Positions 49,600 to 62,568 of a stretch of 64,000 nt of DNA are shown one piece after another. The notes below the pieces were generated by a model. The model saw only the letters and a list, made by a program, of their open reading frames with translations. It was not told the origin of the DNA and did not search any database. Made by a program: the position numbers and the translations under genes. Source of the stretch: Dipteris shenzhenensis (Eukaryota); NCBI GenBank assembly GCA_047967505.1, contig CM106538.1. The stretch is one strand, 5' to 3'. Within the stretch, counting starts at the first letter, position 1. The number at the start of each line of letters is the position of its first letter.

Positions 49600-51075
49600 A
49601 TCCCTTTGACTTCACTATTGTCACTGAGTAGCTTAAGCTCGTCTTCCTCTTCGCTGAATGCACACTTAGCCACTAATTCTGTAGTCAATCGTTGTCTAGC
49701 AATTCTCATTACAGTGGCCTCACAAGTGCTGCTTTAGCCACTACAACATTGAGCCTGTATTGCATACTGCATCTTTTTCTCAAGCCAATTTGCCCATCAT
49801 CTATCAGCAATAGTCTCGACTAAAGCTTGATGGACTTCCAACAATCTAGTAAGAACTAGAAAAGAAGTGGCAAATCTAGTTTGACAAAATTGCATGAGTT
49901 GCTTCAGAAAGTGCTCTCTAAATACTACATGCAAGTATTGATGACTCTTTATAAAACTCACTACGACATTAGCATCTTGCAGTATTGGTTGCACAAATGG
50001 AAATTGTCCAATACCCTTCAACAATAAGTTGAGAGTATGAGCACCACATGGCACCCATGTCAAAGTGGGATACTTTGCCATGACATCTCACTTGCGGTCT
50101 TGTAATTCGATGCATTATTTGTTACTAATGCAGTAACATTTTCACTACCACTAACTTTATGAATTGCTCTTTCGTATATTTTTACAATATATGCTGAAGT
50201 TTTTTCCTTTAGAGACATATCAATACTCTCCAAAAACATAGTTCCCTTGGGAGTAATGCACATTACATTTATCAAGGGCCTAGCCTACTTGCTAGTCCAT
50301 CCATCAAAAGCAAGAGTGCATCCATCTGTAGGCATAAAATCCAATATCTTTTTTTTCAAGAAATCTGCCACAGTTTGTTTGACTCTATCAAGATGATCTG
50401 TACGCATTTTATTATAATCCAGCAAATAAATCCTGGTTTAGCACATGATTTCAAGGCATTATGAAATGTCTCATCTTCATGACATTGAATGGTGTATCAT
50501 TTTTAACAAATGCTTCATGATTTCAAGGCATTACGAAATGTCTCATCTCTCATGACATTGAATGGTATACCATTTTTAACAAATGCTTCGGTCCATCTTA
50601 AGTGCTCTTCATGCACTTGTTTGCTGAAGAAATCCATCCTCCATAGAAGATTGTTTCCCTTTTTTCTCTTCTTTACCTGACAGGCATTAGTCGCATCAAA
50701 ACTTACATGCGACCCGCTTGCTAGCAAATCTACATCACCTTCATGTATGGATACACACCTCGCATTTATTGATGCTTCTCCTTCAACCGTCTCATCAACC
50801 TCAGCGCTCACATCTTGTTGATTTGGACAATTTCTTATCAAGGTCAGATTAACCACTTACTTCACTTTCTCTAAATACAATTTGCATAACAGAAGAACAT
50901 CAGACGACAGGCATGTGTAAGCTCCAACATCACTTCCTATTCCGAGAAAATGTTGCTTGATGTAAGTAGAACTGCCTATGAACTTGTGTCCACAATATTT
51001 ACACTCCAAGAAAGAGACCGATGCATGTACTTTTTGTATCTCCATCACATATGACCAAATCTTGCCATCCACCAT
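49600..51075 (-). pseudogene. hAT transposase (BED zinc finger and DUF659-like core), fragmented
   Basis: W..V...CKYC...IKQH, FDGWT, LVTNNASNY, WVPCGAHTLNLLL, TRFATSF. A 72-bp internal tandem duplication lies at ~50444-50588. Confidence 0.88.
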
Positions 51076-51647
51076 GCTTTTAAAGTTGCCAAAAAAGAAA
51101 ATGCAAAAAAATTAATTTGAGTATATAATAGAAACATACTATAATACAATTTTTTAAAAAAACAACACATATCCTTTAAAAAACACGTTTAAGCATGCAA
51201 TATATTAATTGTCATTCATGCTCTATTAAAAGAATATGAAATATTCATTCAAAAGAAACTGTAAGAATAAGTAATAAAAATTAAGACATTGATTCATTTC
51301 TATTGAAAGAATATACTCAAATTGAAAATCATTCATTCACATTCTATTGAAAGAATATTATATATTCATTCAAAAGATAGTGAAAGAATTGAGTAATAAA
51401 AAGAGATATGGATTCATTTTTATTTGAAGAATACACTCAAATTGAAAATCATTCATTCACATTCTATTGAAAGAATATTAAATATTCATTCAAAAGAAAG
51501 TGTAAGAATTAGACAACTTTTCTAATAACTTTTAAAACTTTCAATTCGCACACTTTAAAACTTTTTATTCTTTCACATTCTATTGAGAGAATATTAAATA
51601 TTCATTCAAAGAGAGTGTGAGAATACAAACACAAAATAAAATCATAT

Positions 51648-52275
51648 TTCTCACAAGAGATCTAGGGAAATCAACGAGGAGATCCTAGAACTCCCACATA
51701 CAAAATTCTCACAAGAGATCTAAGGAACTCAACAAGGAGATCCTAGAACTCCCACAAACAAATTTCATAATTTTATAGACACAAAAACAAGCCCATTCCT
51801 CATAAGAGATCTAAGGAACTCAACAAGGAGATCCTAGAACTCCCACATACAAAAATCTTATCATAAGAGATTGAAGGAACTCACCAAGGAGATCCTAGAA
51901 CTCCCACGTACAAAAATCTATCCACATGAGATCTGAGAAACTCAACAAGGAGATCCTAGGACTCCCACAAATAGATTTCATAGACACAAAAACAAGCACA
52001 TTTCTCACAAGAGGTCTAAGGAACTGAACAAGGAGATCCTCAAACTCCCACAAATAAATTTATCTCACAAGAGATCTAAGGAACTCAACAAGGAGATCCT
52101 AGAACTCCCACAAACAAGTTTCAGACACAAAAATATCTAAGACATTTTTCTCACAAGAGATTGAAGGAACTCAATAAAGAGAACCTAGAACTCCCACAAA
52201 CAAAAGAACAAAGACCAAAACCAAAAACCTCACAAGAGATCTCAGGAACTCAAAATGAGATCCTAAAGCTCCCTA
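51648..52275. repeat. Array of 9 ~50-bp units (CTCACAAGAGATCTAAGGAACTCAACAAGGAGATCCTAGAACTCCCACA) with variable A-rich linkers
   Basis: Direct inspection. Preceded by ~4 copies of an AT-rich ~120-bp repeat at 51215-51620. Confidence 0.9.
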
Positions 52276-53219
52276 ACAAAAAATCCATCTTATTTCGGAC
52301 CTTCTAGATTTCTTTCACAACCTTGAGGACCTTTCTTCTCGTTTTCCTTGTTTGATCTCTTATGTTCGGCTGGGGAACCAAGCATGAGATAAGAGACATT
52401 GGCAAACAGTGAGCTTATATTGAGAAACGCATCAACATATTCATCCTAATATAGGTTTATTTGTACGAATAAGTATTTGTACAAATAAAATTTATCCGTA
52501 CAAATATGTAGGGATGACATGTCAATCATACGAATATGTAGGGATGACATGTCGATTTATGTAAAAAATGTGACATGTCACCGCTTTTTTAATTGATTTT
52601 TTCCTCCATTCGAATCATTCGAATGATTTTATCAAATTTTTTGAATCACGAATTCGATTTTTTCTACTTAGATCTCCACCACCTTTGTTGATTTAACACT
52701 ACTCTACCGTCATTTGTATCACCCTTGTCAACTTCACATAGCTCCACCCTCTTCCTGATCCACCCTTGTCTCCACCGTCTAGCCTATCTCATCTTCAGTT
52801 GATTTCATTCTGATTCCTAGACATCCCTAGAGTAGTGGTAGTTCTCTCACATGATTGTAGTGTGGTTAAGAAGGTAATGGATCTATTACATCACCATAAA
52901 GAGGGCTAACTCCGATTCTCCACCTAGGCACCACGATTCCAAAGTACTCCTTCGTGTATCCATCTGTGAACTCCACCTTAGAGTTCCCTATCCTTCCTTC
53001 CTTTTGTGGAGCCTCTCTTTAGAATCTCCCTTGAACCCAATGCATGCCATGTGGACCCCTTTTATGCCAAGTTTCCTTTCAAAGGACCTTACTCTTTTGA
53101 CCCCTCTTGGTATCCTTCTAAAATACTAGGTCTATTTTGCCTAGGCATTAATTCATGTGTCCACCGTTGCACTATCAAGCCCTCTCATTTCTCGCTTCAC
53201 CATAACCACACCAAAGTGA

Positions 53220-54840
53220 ATTATCTCTAAGTAGCTGGAACACTTTTCGCAAATGTTCCAAATGCTTTTTTCTTGTTTTACTATAAATAAGGATATTGTT
53301 TAAAAATAATACAGTAAATTTTCCTAAATATGGCCTTAAGACACTATTCATAAGTGTCATGAAAGTTGTTGGAGCTTTTGTTAATCCAAATGGCATTACT
53401 TTAAATTGATAATGCCCATACCTAGTACAAAATGATGTCTTAGGGACATCCTCTTCCCTAATTCGTACTTGGTGATATCCTGATCTTAAATCAATTTTAG
53501 GAAAGTATTTTCCCCCTTGCAATTGATCAAAGAGCTCATCAATGCGAGGCCAATGCGAGGCATAGGATACTTATTTTTTATGGTGATTTTGTTTAGTGCT
53601 TGGTAATCTATGCATAAATGCATAGTACCATCCTTTTTCTATAGTAGTAAAATTGGTGCATACCAAGGTGAGCTACTTGGTTGCATTTGGCCCTTCCTAA
53701 GGCATTCTATTAGTTGTCTTTCAACCTCACATTCCTCCGTTTGACTAAACCTATATGGGGGTTTATAGACAAGGGTTGATCCAGGAATTAAATCTATTTT
53801 ATGATCTACTTCTCTCTCAATAGGTAAACCATCAGGTAAATCAAACGAAAAAACATCTTTAAATTCAAACATTAAATCATTGAAAGAAGATTTATACTTT
53901 TTAACATTATCAAAAACAACATTACTTCTTTCCAATGTAGAAGACATAAAATCACCAATAAAAATAAGTGCAAAGAGATATACCTCGCATTCTTCTTAGT
54001 GTAGTAGCTGTTCCAATTCCATTGAACAAATAAGAGGAGAGTTAGGCGCATCATGTTCTCCTTGAATCTGGAAGACTCTATCCTCTTTCTCAACATAATG
54101 GAGTTATTAAGATAACTCCTCTATATGCTATGCCCAATAATATACAGCCATTCTCGACCATGCACTACATCTGTTCAATCAAGATGCATGATTTGGAAAT
54201 CCAAGGCATCCTAATAACCTTGAATATCCACCTCTACACCATCTATCATGGTATCCTAAACTTTTTTATCACTTCCTTTTGCCAAAAAGACCACATATTT
54301 ATGGTCACTAGGGCTCTTGAGAAATTTTAATTTCTTAACTAATGAGTAGTTCAAGAAATTATGTGTTGCACTATCATTAACCATCACTCTTAGTCTTTGC
54401 TCCTTAATTTTTCCATGCATCCTCATTAAATCATGAGGACCAAAGGTGGGCTGCCACATTGCCAATGATAGACAACACATGTGGGTACTATCCTCATGAT
54501 AGACCTCTACCTTAATGTACTTTCTAGTATCATTAAGCAGGCAACACTTGCATCACATGTACTTGTCTTTGTGGAGGTCTATTTGGGGCTTTAGCTCCTG
54601 CTGGTTTATTTTTAGGACAATTCTAAGCAGCATGGTCTTTACCCAAACATTTAAAGCAAAGATTTTCTTACGTGGCCCTTTCATAATCCTCTTTCTTCAA
54701 GAGAGGATAATTTTGTGTTTGAGGTTACTTAGGTGGTGCCTAAGGAACCTCCTTCTTAAAGTGCCCCCTCCTTTTCAAATTGGAAAATTTATTGAACTTT
54801 GGAAAAACCTCTTTGCTTTGAAGTTCCAACTATGAATTTC
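53220..54840 (-). mobile_element. Ty3/gypsy remnant (gag end, protease, RT N-terminal half)
   Basis: VMVNDSATHNF, HKIDLIPG...[33 protein letters not shown]. Confidence 0.88.
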
Positions 54841-54861
54841 CCCATCATATCATCGTATATT

Positions 54862-57785
54862 TATTGAGATATAGAGCTCCACTCGTGATATGCCAGGGTG
54901 ACCGTTGTGCATTTATGTCACCAACTTGTTAACTGCAGATGCGGTTGGTACATCGCCCATGAATAATAGCTAGATGACAGCTATCTTTATGTACTCTAAT
55001 TAGTGACTCAGTTAGTATGCCACCTCGGTTAGCTGAGTTTGGTTTGAGACCCACATATAGGGTTCACCTATTCCTTTTGTACTAAGAGAGATTCTTTTGG
55101 CTTTTATAACTAAGAAGAGGAAAACTATTTTCAGCCTCCACCTTTGTGTGTATTCCCCCATTGTGTATGTGAGAAAGCTGCAAGTGACACTCGTTCCTTC
55201 TCTCCCACTCTCTTCACATGGTATCAGAGCTCGGTTCGTGGTAAGGAGCTCAAGAAAGCAAACCAAGTTCGCGGTGTCTTGGTAAGAGGATCAGTGTTGC
55301 TTTCCTTTTTCGATTTGGGAGCAAATCTCTGCAGGTAGCATAGTCGAAAATTGCAAGAGTGCACTGTCTTAGATTGGGATGCCCTTCGCGGTGTGGCGAG
55401 AGGGTAGTATATGCTGCATCCATTTCAGGGCCTATTTTGGTGGTGGAAGTTTTCCATAGGCACTCAGAAAAGTGCCCTGTTTTTTGCTGTGCGACCACTG
55501 TTCCGCAAGTCAGTGAAAAGTTACCGCAGAAATTGCATCGTATGCCTATGCGCAGAGATATTGGGAGTGACATAATGATTTTTATTACCTGTTGATGCAA
55601 AATCGTCACTAGGAAGTGACTATGTGGTCAAATACCACTAAATTCGTCAATTTTGTAGATTTGGCCTTGTGAGGCAGAAGTTGTGTTTTTTGCAATGACA
55701 GAATATTTTTGTAATGGCATCTGATGCTCTTTCATAGATAGTCACTAAAAAGCTTGACAAGAATAACTTCCAAGCATGGAAGTTTAGAATGACGAATTTC
55801 CTAAAGGGAAAAGGCTATTGGGAGTTCATTACTAGAGCTAAACAAGAACCAGTTATTCCAGAAATGAGCATTTGTTTATGGTGCAGCACATGACCAATTC
55901 TGTGACAAGTGTAGAAGAAAGCGATGATGTGTGGTATGTTGACTTAAGTGCATCAAACCACATGATAGGTCATGCAGAATGGATGCAGGATGCAAGGAAA
56001 ATGGAAAGACTAGGATTTGTGGAGACTGATGATGATACTACACATTCTATTGTGCAGATTGGTAAAATTCCTTTGTCTATGCAGGATGGGAAAAAGAAAT
56101 ACCTGTCTGATGTATTTCATGTCCCGAATATCACCAAGAACCTGGTTTCTGTTGGTCAAATGGTTGAGCAGGGCTTGTAGGTCAAATTTAATCCTCATGG
56201 ATGCTTTGTTGAGGATATGAAAAATAAAGGTCGCTTGATAGAAAAAGGGAAGAAGAAGGGTAGGATGTTTACATTGGATGTGGACATGCCTGAATTGGGT
56301 GTAGCAATGTTTGCACATGGGACCGGTGTAGTTGTAGATATTGATATTTGGCATAAACGCATTTGTCATGTTAATGTACAGTGACTTAAATTAATGCAGG
56401 CCCAAAATATTGTTGCAGCATTGCCTAAGTTCAAAGTTGCAGAAATGCATAAGGTATATGAAGCTTGTCAATTTGGAAAACCAAGGAAACCATTTCCTAG
56501 ACATGTTCAAGAGAGTAAGAGGCCATTGGAATTAATCCACTCTGATGTGTGGACTACTAAAGCTACATGTATTGGAGGCTATCATTATTTTGTCACTTTT
56601 ATTGATGACTACAGTAGAAAAGTTTGGGTGTATTTTATGAAAAAGAAAAGTGAAGTGTTTAGGCATTTCAAAGCTTTTAAAGCTATGGTTGAAAAAGAAA
56701 CAGGCTTGCAAATAAGATGCCTAAGGTCAGATGGAGGGGGAGAGTACCTCTTAAATGAGTTTGCAAGGTTCTTGCATGAGCATGGCATAAAGTAGCAATA
56801 TTCATGCAATCATACCCCACAGCAAAATGGACTTGTAGAAAGGAAAAACATGCATATTGGAGAGGTATCTCGTGTCATGCTCATTGAAAAAGACCTGCTA
56901 GATTATTATTGGGCTGAAGCAATTGCTACAACAGTCTACATAATGAACAGGACTCCCACTGTAGCAATACATGGCATGACGCCAGAGGAGAGGTATACTA
57001 GTAGGAAACCAGATATTTCTCATTGGAAAGTTTTTGGTTGCATTGCCTATGTTCATGTGCTAGATGAGTTGAGAATCCAAGTTGGATCCAAACACTGAGA
57101 AGTGAATCTTTATTGGTTATTCTCTGCAGCAGAAAGGGTATAGATGCTATAACCCTTCTACTCATAAGTTTACAGTGAGCAGAGATGTTGTTTTTGATGA
57201 GATGAGTAGCTGGTATAAGCCAGTAAATGTGATTGATGATGTAGATGCACAAAATGGTAATGCTGCACAAAATTCGTAATCACAAAATATTAGTGGACCT
57301 GTAGTATCCTCTAGCAGTGGTTCACATACTTCACCATGGACAGTCAGATTGAGATCAGGAGAATCTCCTCAAAGCAATGCAAATAGTGGTATGCAAGTAT
57401 CACAAAAGGGAAAAGAGAAAGTAGATCAGCCCATGGTTGATGTGAATGCAGGTCACTCTTATGTGTATGGTGAATCCAGTGGCTCAGCCAGAACAGAGCC
57501 TTGATGATGAGTTGGGTATTCCTTCTATTGTTACACCTGGAGTAAGGAAGACAAGGGATGTTTTGAGAGCACCTGGTAGTGAGCCTATTTTGCATAGGTC
57601 TACCAGAGTTAAGTATCCTATGGATAGGCTGAAATATGATGGATTTATAGCCATTCACTATGCCTATATGGTCAAAGTGATACACGAACCAAAACCCACT
57701 TCTTTTTAGAAAGCCATGAATGAAGAAATGGATGTCTCAGAAGCAAATGCTACATGGGAATCGGTGCCTTTGCCTAAAGACAAAC
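54862..57785 (+). mobile_element. Ty1/copia family A 5' portion with internal gag deletion (LTR 54862-55218, PBS, protease, integrase)
   Basis: LTR and leader match 2338-3360; PBS at 55219-55230. Gag jumps at ~55862 to WYVDLSASNHM. Integrase: LIHSDVW, LRSDGGGEY. Truncated at the RT start. Confidence 0.9.
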
Positions 57786-58599
57786 TACGCTTTCAAATTC
57801 TGACCATGTGTGGAAATGCCATGAAATGAACCTTAATGAACCCAACAAGCTAATACCTAGTTGTAGTTCACATTAATGATGTTGTCTAAGGCCTATTAAG
57901 AAGACGGTGGATGAGAGGTTAAAGTGGTTCAGCTAGCTAGTGAGACCAATGCCAAAATATCATTTGCATTATGCACAAGTGTTAATTATTAGGCATCTTG
58001 CAAGGGATTGTCATTAGCCAGTGACATGGCAAGTAGGATCGAGAAGAAGATGGATACGACATTGGTAGGTAGCCCTCCTACTTCATCTTTCTTGGGTCAT
58101 GAAATCATGAATGGAAAGACCATATAACCCTCCATTTGTTGTGAGACCAAATTTGATTCCCTTTTCTCCAAAAGAGTAATGTGGATAGTCAACCTATGAC
58201 CTCATTCCAAGTAATCCAAAATTTTCGGCCTAATGTAGTACTCACGCATGTTCGGACAAAGGGAGAGTGAATGGGGATAGTGCTCAACAAAAATGTTTTT
58301 CGGAGCCTTGAAAATTAAAGGTACCACCAAGATAGAACCTTGGTGAAATTATAAAAGTCCATAAAAATTTATACTCTTACCGGGATTTATAACTAAAATA
58401 TGTAAATCCTAGCCCTTAAAATGAAAGGCAACCTTCAACTCCAACCAGGATTTTTCAATTTCAACCAGGAATTTTATATGCTCAACCGGGTTTGGTGAGC
58501 AGTGAATGGGGATTGAATGGTGAGCATGAAATTCATGTTAGTCGTATTTTTTCCTAGTCTCCTAGTCTTACTTGCGTAGGCTACCCACCCTGTGGACAA

Positions 58600-58850
58600 C
58601 CCAAAAAAATGAAAGCATAAGGGCCTAGAAGTTGTGAATAATCAATGCTGGTTGTGAATAATCAAAAAAATGAAAGCATGAGGGCCTAGAGGCTACCCAC
58701 GCTGGTTGTGAATAATCAATGCCCTGACGCTGGTCCTTAGACCAAGCTGTATATTCGTATTCTATAGCATGAGGTACACACGCTGGTTGTGAATAATCAA
58801 TGCCCTGACGCTGGTCCTTAGGCCAAGCTGTATATTCGTATTCTATACAG
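58600..58850. repeat. Nested short tandem duplications upstream of the lipoxygenase
   Basis: GCTGGTTGTGAATAATCAATGCCCTGACG...TTCTATA occurs twice (period 82 bp); AAAAAAATGAAAGCAT.AGGGCCTAGA occurs twice. Confidence 0.85.
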
Positions 58851-58989
58851 TCCTGGTGAGTCGTCTGCAAAGCTGCCAAAAGTTGTAAGCTCCTCACCGA
58901 CCTCATCTTGGCCTCTCACCCCTCCTCTTTGATTCCACCCTTGATTGCCTCCGTTTGCAGCTGGCCAGCCCGCTCAGTTCATCGCAGAT

Positions 58990-61900
58990 ATGACCATGCT
59001 GACTGTGAATGCCACCGTTGTGATCCTCAAGGAAAGTTTGATAGACCTTGGTATTCATGTGCTTTACAATTTCATGGGCAGTAAGATTAAGCTGCATCTC
59101 GTCAGTCTCGACATCGATCCAGGCAAGTTTGTGCATGGCGTCTCGGATGTTGTAAATTGAGATATAGAGATACTCTTTATCTGGAAAGCATAGGTTACTG
59201 CTCACCTTATCAATTGTTTGAAGACGTGGAACGAATTGTGTGCAGAGACACAAGAGGGCAAGCGCAGCGCAGAAACGGATTTGAAGATCTGGGGCTCGGA
59301 TGGAAAGTCCCATCCTCATCCAAGCGATGACTTGTACTCTTTTCTCGCCGTCACGTTCTCTATACCTACAGATTTCGGCAGACCCGGAGCCATCCTCGTG
59401 CTAAGCGAAGACTCCAACGAGTTTTTTCTTAAATCGATCACCCTGGATCTGCCTGACGGCCAGGAAATATATTTTGCCTGCAATTCCTGGATAAACATCG
59501 CCAAGGCATACGAGGGGCCTCGCATATTCTTTGTCAACGAGGTTCACATCCCTAATGGTTTTGTTAAACGTTCCTTGTAGCTGAGGCCCAAGCTGATGCG
59601 TAAATTTCTCCGGGGTTGCAGCTTTTGTTTACTTTGGAGGTTACTTGCAGGCTTATCTTCCAAATCAGACACCGCTGGCGCTAGTAAAACTGCGACGCGA
59701 TGAGCTTGTGAACTTGCGGGGAGATGGTAAGGGTGAAAGGCATAGTAGCGAGCGAATCTACGATTACGATGTTTACAACGACCTGGGAAATCCAGACAAC
59801 GGAGAGGAGGCTGCGAGACCTGTGCTCGGCGGGTCTAAGGAGCTTCCATATCCTAGAAGATGTCGGAGTGGACGCAAACCCACAAACTCAGGTATGCACA
59901 TTGAACGAATATTTAATGGCAGAAGCCCATGTAACAGTTGACGAAACTGTGTGCGCTTGTGCAGATCCTAACTCAGAGCGGCAGGGTTCCTTATATGTAC
60001 CCCGAGACGAGCAATTCAGCCCTATGAAGTACCAGCAATTCATAGCTGCTGGCATTAGATGCTTCAGACATGAGATTTCTACCATGATCCGGAATCTGTT
60101 GAGCCAGGCGAGTCATTTCAGCTTATTGGATGAGATTCATGACCTCTATGTGGGATCCTTAAAGGAAGTGCGTCGAGAATTAGCAAACGCATGTGGGAAC
60201 CCTGAAGATGGAACACTCATGGACTATCCACCACCCGCAGTAGTTCAAGGTAACAGCATAGTATCCGTTGTTCAGTGCATTCAAAAGCATCCTTGAGTTC
60301 CGATCCGGGGAAGACTGCTCAAATTGATCTATAAACTGTTGTGCTTGCAGCTGATAGAGAAGCCTGGAGGACCGACGAAGAGTTTGCACGTCAAAGGCTT
60401 GCTGGAATGAATCCGCTTGTGATTTCAAGACTGACGGTAATGTTGGAATATAATCCTTGTAGTTTAATACATTAAACAAAACAAACAGTTGACAGACCGA
60501 CCCGAATTTTGACGACCGGCTCTCCATATGCTTCGGTCAGGTGTTCCCGCCTGTGAGCAAACTGGATCCTGAGGTCTATGGGCCATCTACATCGTCTCTT
60601 ACAAAAGAGCATCTGGAAAACAACCTAGATGGCCTGACGGTAGAGGAGGTATCGTGGTCACATACTTGGATTGATGAAAATTCAAAGCTACTGTTCACTT
60701 CGACCATCTACTCACTTTTGAAGATGTGAACACACAGGCACTGCAGGAGAAGAGGCTTTATCTTCTCGATTACCATGATACTTATCTGCCATTCGTCGAG
60801 AAGATCAACGCTTTGAAGGCGAAAACGTACGCTTCTCGCACAATATTCTTTCTAAGCAAAGTCGGTATTCTGAAACCCGTTGCCATAGAGCTCAGTCTAC
60901 CTCCCAAGTGCAAAGGTGAAAAGTGTGAGACCAGAATTTTCAGGGCACCTCCTCCTGGCGTAATAGACTGGCTCTGGCGGTTGGCCAAAACCCATGTGGT
61001 CGTTGAAGACGTGGGATATCACGAGCTCTGTAGTCATTGGTAGTATCCTTCGTCTTTATCAAAGCTACTCGCGGCAGAAGTAGTGGCTCATATGTTTCTC
61101 ATGAAGCTGGATTTTGACTGAAGTTTGTATGTTTGTTGTATTACTACATGGAGTAGGTGGCTCATCTGTTTCTCATGAAGTTGGATTTTGACTAATGAAG
61201 TTTGTTTGTTTGTTGTATTACTACATGGAGTAGGTTGCGAGCCCATGCTGTCATCGAGCCCTTCATCATAGCAACACACAGACAGCTGAGCGTCTTGCAT
61301 CCTGTGCATGTGTTACTGTCCCCTCACTTCAAGGATACAATGCACATCAACGCTTTAGCGAGGGCGAGTTTGATCGCTGCTGGAGGCTACATCGAAAAAA
61401 CTTTCACTCCACGCAGATATTGCATGGAAATGTCGTCAGTGATGTACAAGAACTGGCGCTTCGATGAAGAATCTCTCCCTCGAGACTTGATCAAGAGGTC
61501 GTATCCTTGCGGCATACCTTCTCTAATGTTTCGAGACAGAGGGTCTAGTTATTTTAGTGTGGTGAGATCTGGCGGCTTTCGTGGTGAAATTTTGATATCT
61601 TGATACAAGACTGAGGGAGGTCTAGAGATTTTAGTGTGATCACTTCTCTAATCATCAACAGTTTTAGTTAAAGAATTTGTTCTAGTGACTTTCATTAGAT
61701 TATCCATTGAGTACTTGTGATTTTCATGAGATACGCGTTTGATCAACAATATTTGATATCTTAAGTTTTAAGAGATCGACACTGACGCAGTCGCGATGAT
61801 TGTAGGGGAATGGCCGAGAGAGATGAGAAGGAATTGCATGGTTTGAAGCTGAACATCTCGGATTATCCATATGCAGTGGACGGGCTAGATCTATGGTGGG

Positions 61901-62568
61901 TAATAGAGTCCTGGGTGAAAGACTATGTGGGCATCTACTACAACGATGACACGGCTATAAAATCAGATGAGGAGCTCCAAAATTGGTGGAAAGAGATCAA
62001 GGAAGTTGGGCATGGAGATCACAAGGATGCAAGTTGGTGGGTGGCCATGGACAAAGTGGAAGAATTGGAAGAAGTACTGTCAATAGTGATATGGTTAGCC
62101 TCAGGACATCACGCAGCTGTAAACTTTGGGCAATACGCTTATGCAGGTTTCATGCCAAATGCCCCAACTATTAGCCATAAACTCATTCCAGAGATAGGAA
62201 GCCAAGAGTATATGGAGATGTCCAAAGATCCGGAGAAATATTTTATGACCTGTTTGGCAACCAAAGGGGAGGCTATCTTAATAATGGCAGTAGGGGAGGT
62301 ATTGTCTCAACACTTAGCGGGTGAGGAGTACATAGGGCAGAGAGAAGACCCCAAGTGGACTAGCAATGAGAAGGTGTTGGCTGCTTTTCAGGACTTTGGG
62401 AGGAAGGTAGAAATGGCTGAGGCTAAGATGGTGGCAAGAAATGAGGTGCAGGACTCCCTCAAGCTTGCCCACCGTGTTGGTCCCGCTTTAGTACCCTATA
62501 CCCTCCTTTGTCCCTCCTCTAGTCAGGGCCACACACTTAGAGGTGTCCCCAACAGTATCTCCATCTGA
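58990..62568 (+). CDS. LOX: Lipoxygenase, 9 coding exons: 58990-59122, 59246-59541, 59651-59891, 59965-60249, 60351-60436, 60541-60648, 60738-61039, 61234-61497, 61806-62568 (825 aa)
   Basis: Exons sum to 2478 nt in frame. PLAT domain, [52 protein letters not shown]-terminal PNSISI. Intron 1 is GC-AG. A probable 5' UTR intron lies at 58856-58960. Confidence 0.95.

Larger units (their letters stand above)
46419..52671 (-). mobile_element. Complete hAT DNA transposon, decayed
   Basis: 8-bp TSD ATCTCCAC (46411-46418, 52672-52679); imperfect TIRs CTAAGTTGCATTAAT and CTAAGTAGAAAAAAT; internal hAT transposase. Confidence 0.88.

Noticed and set aside
51648-52275. CRISPR array (also considered for 46810-47505)
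   Set aside because: Eukaryotic context, no cas genes, linkers are related to each other and irregular in length, and both arrays lie within a TSD-bounded hAT element.
52860-53220. LINE RT remnant (also considered for 63400-64000)
   Set aside because: Only weak resemblance; no diagnostic motif could be read with confidence.
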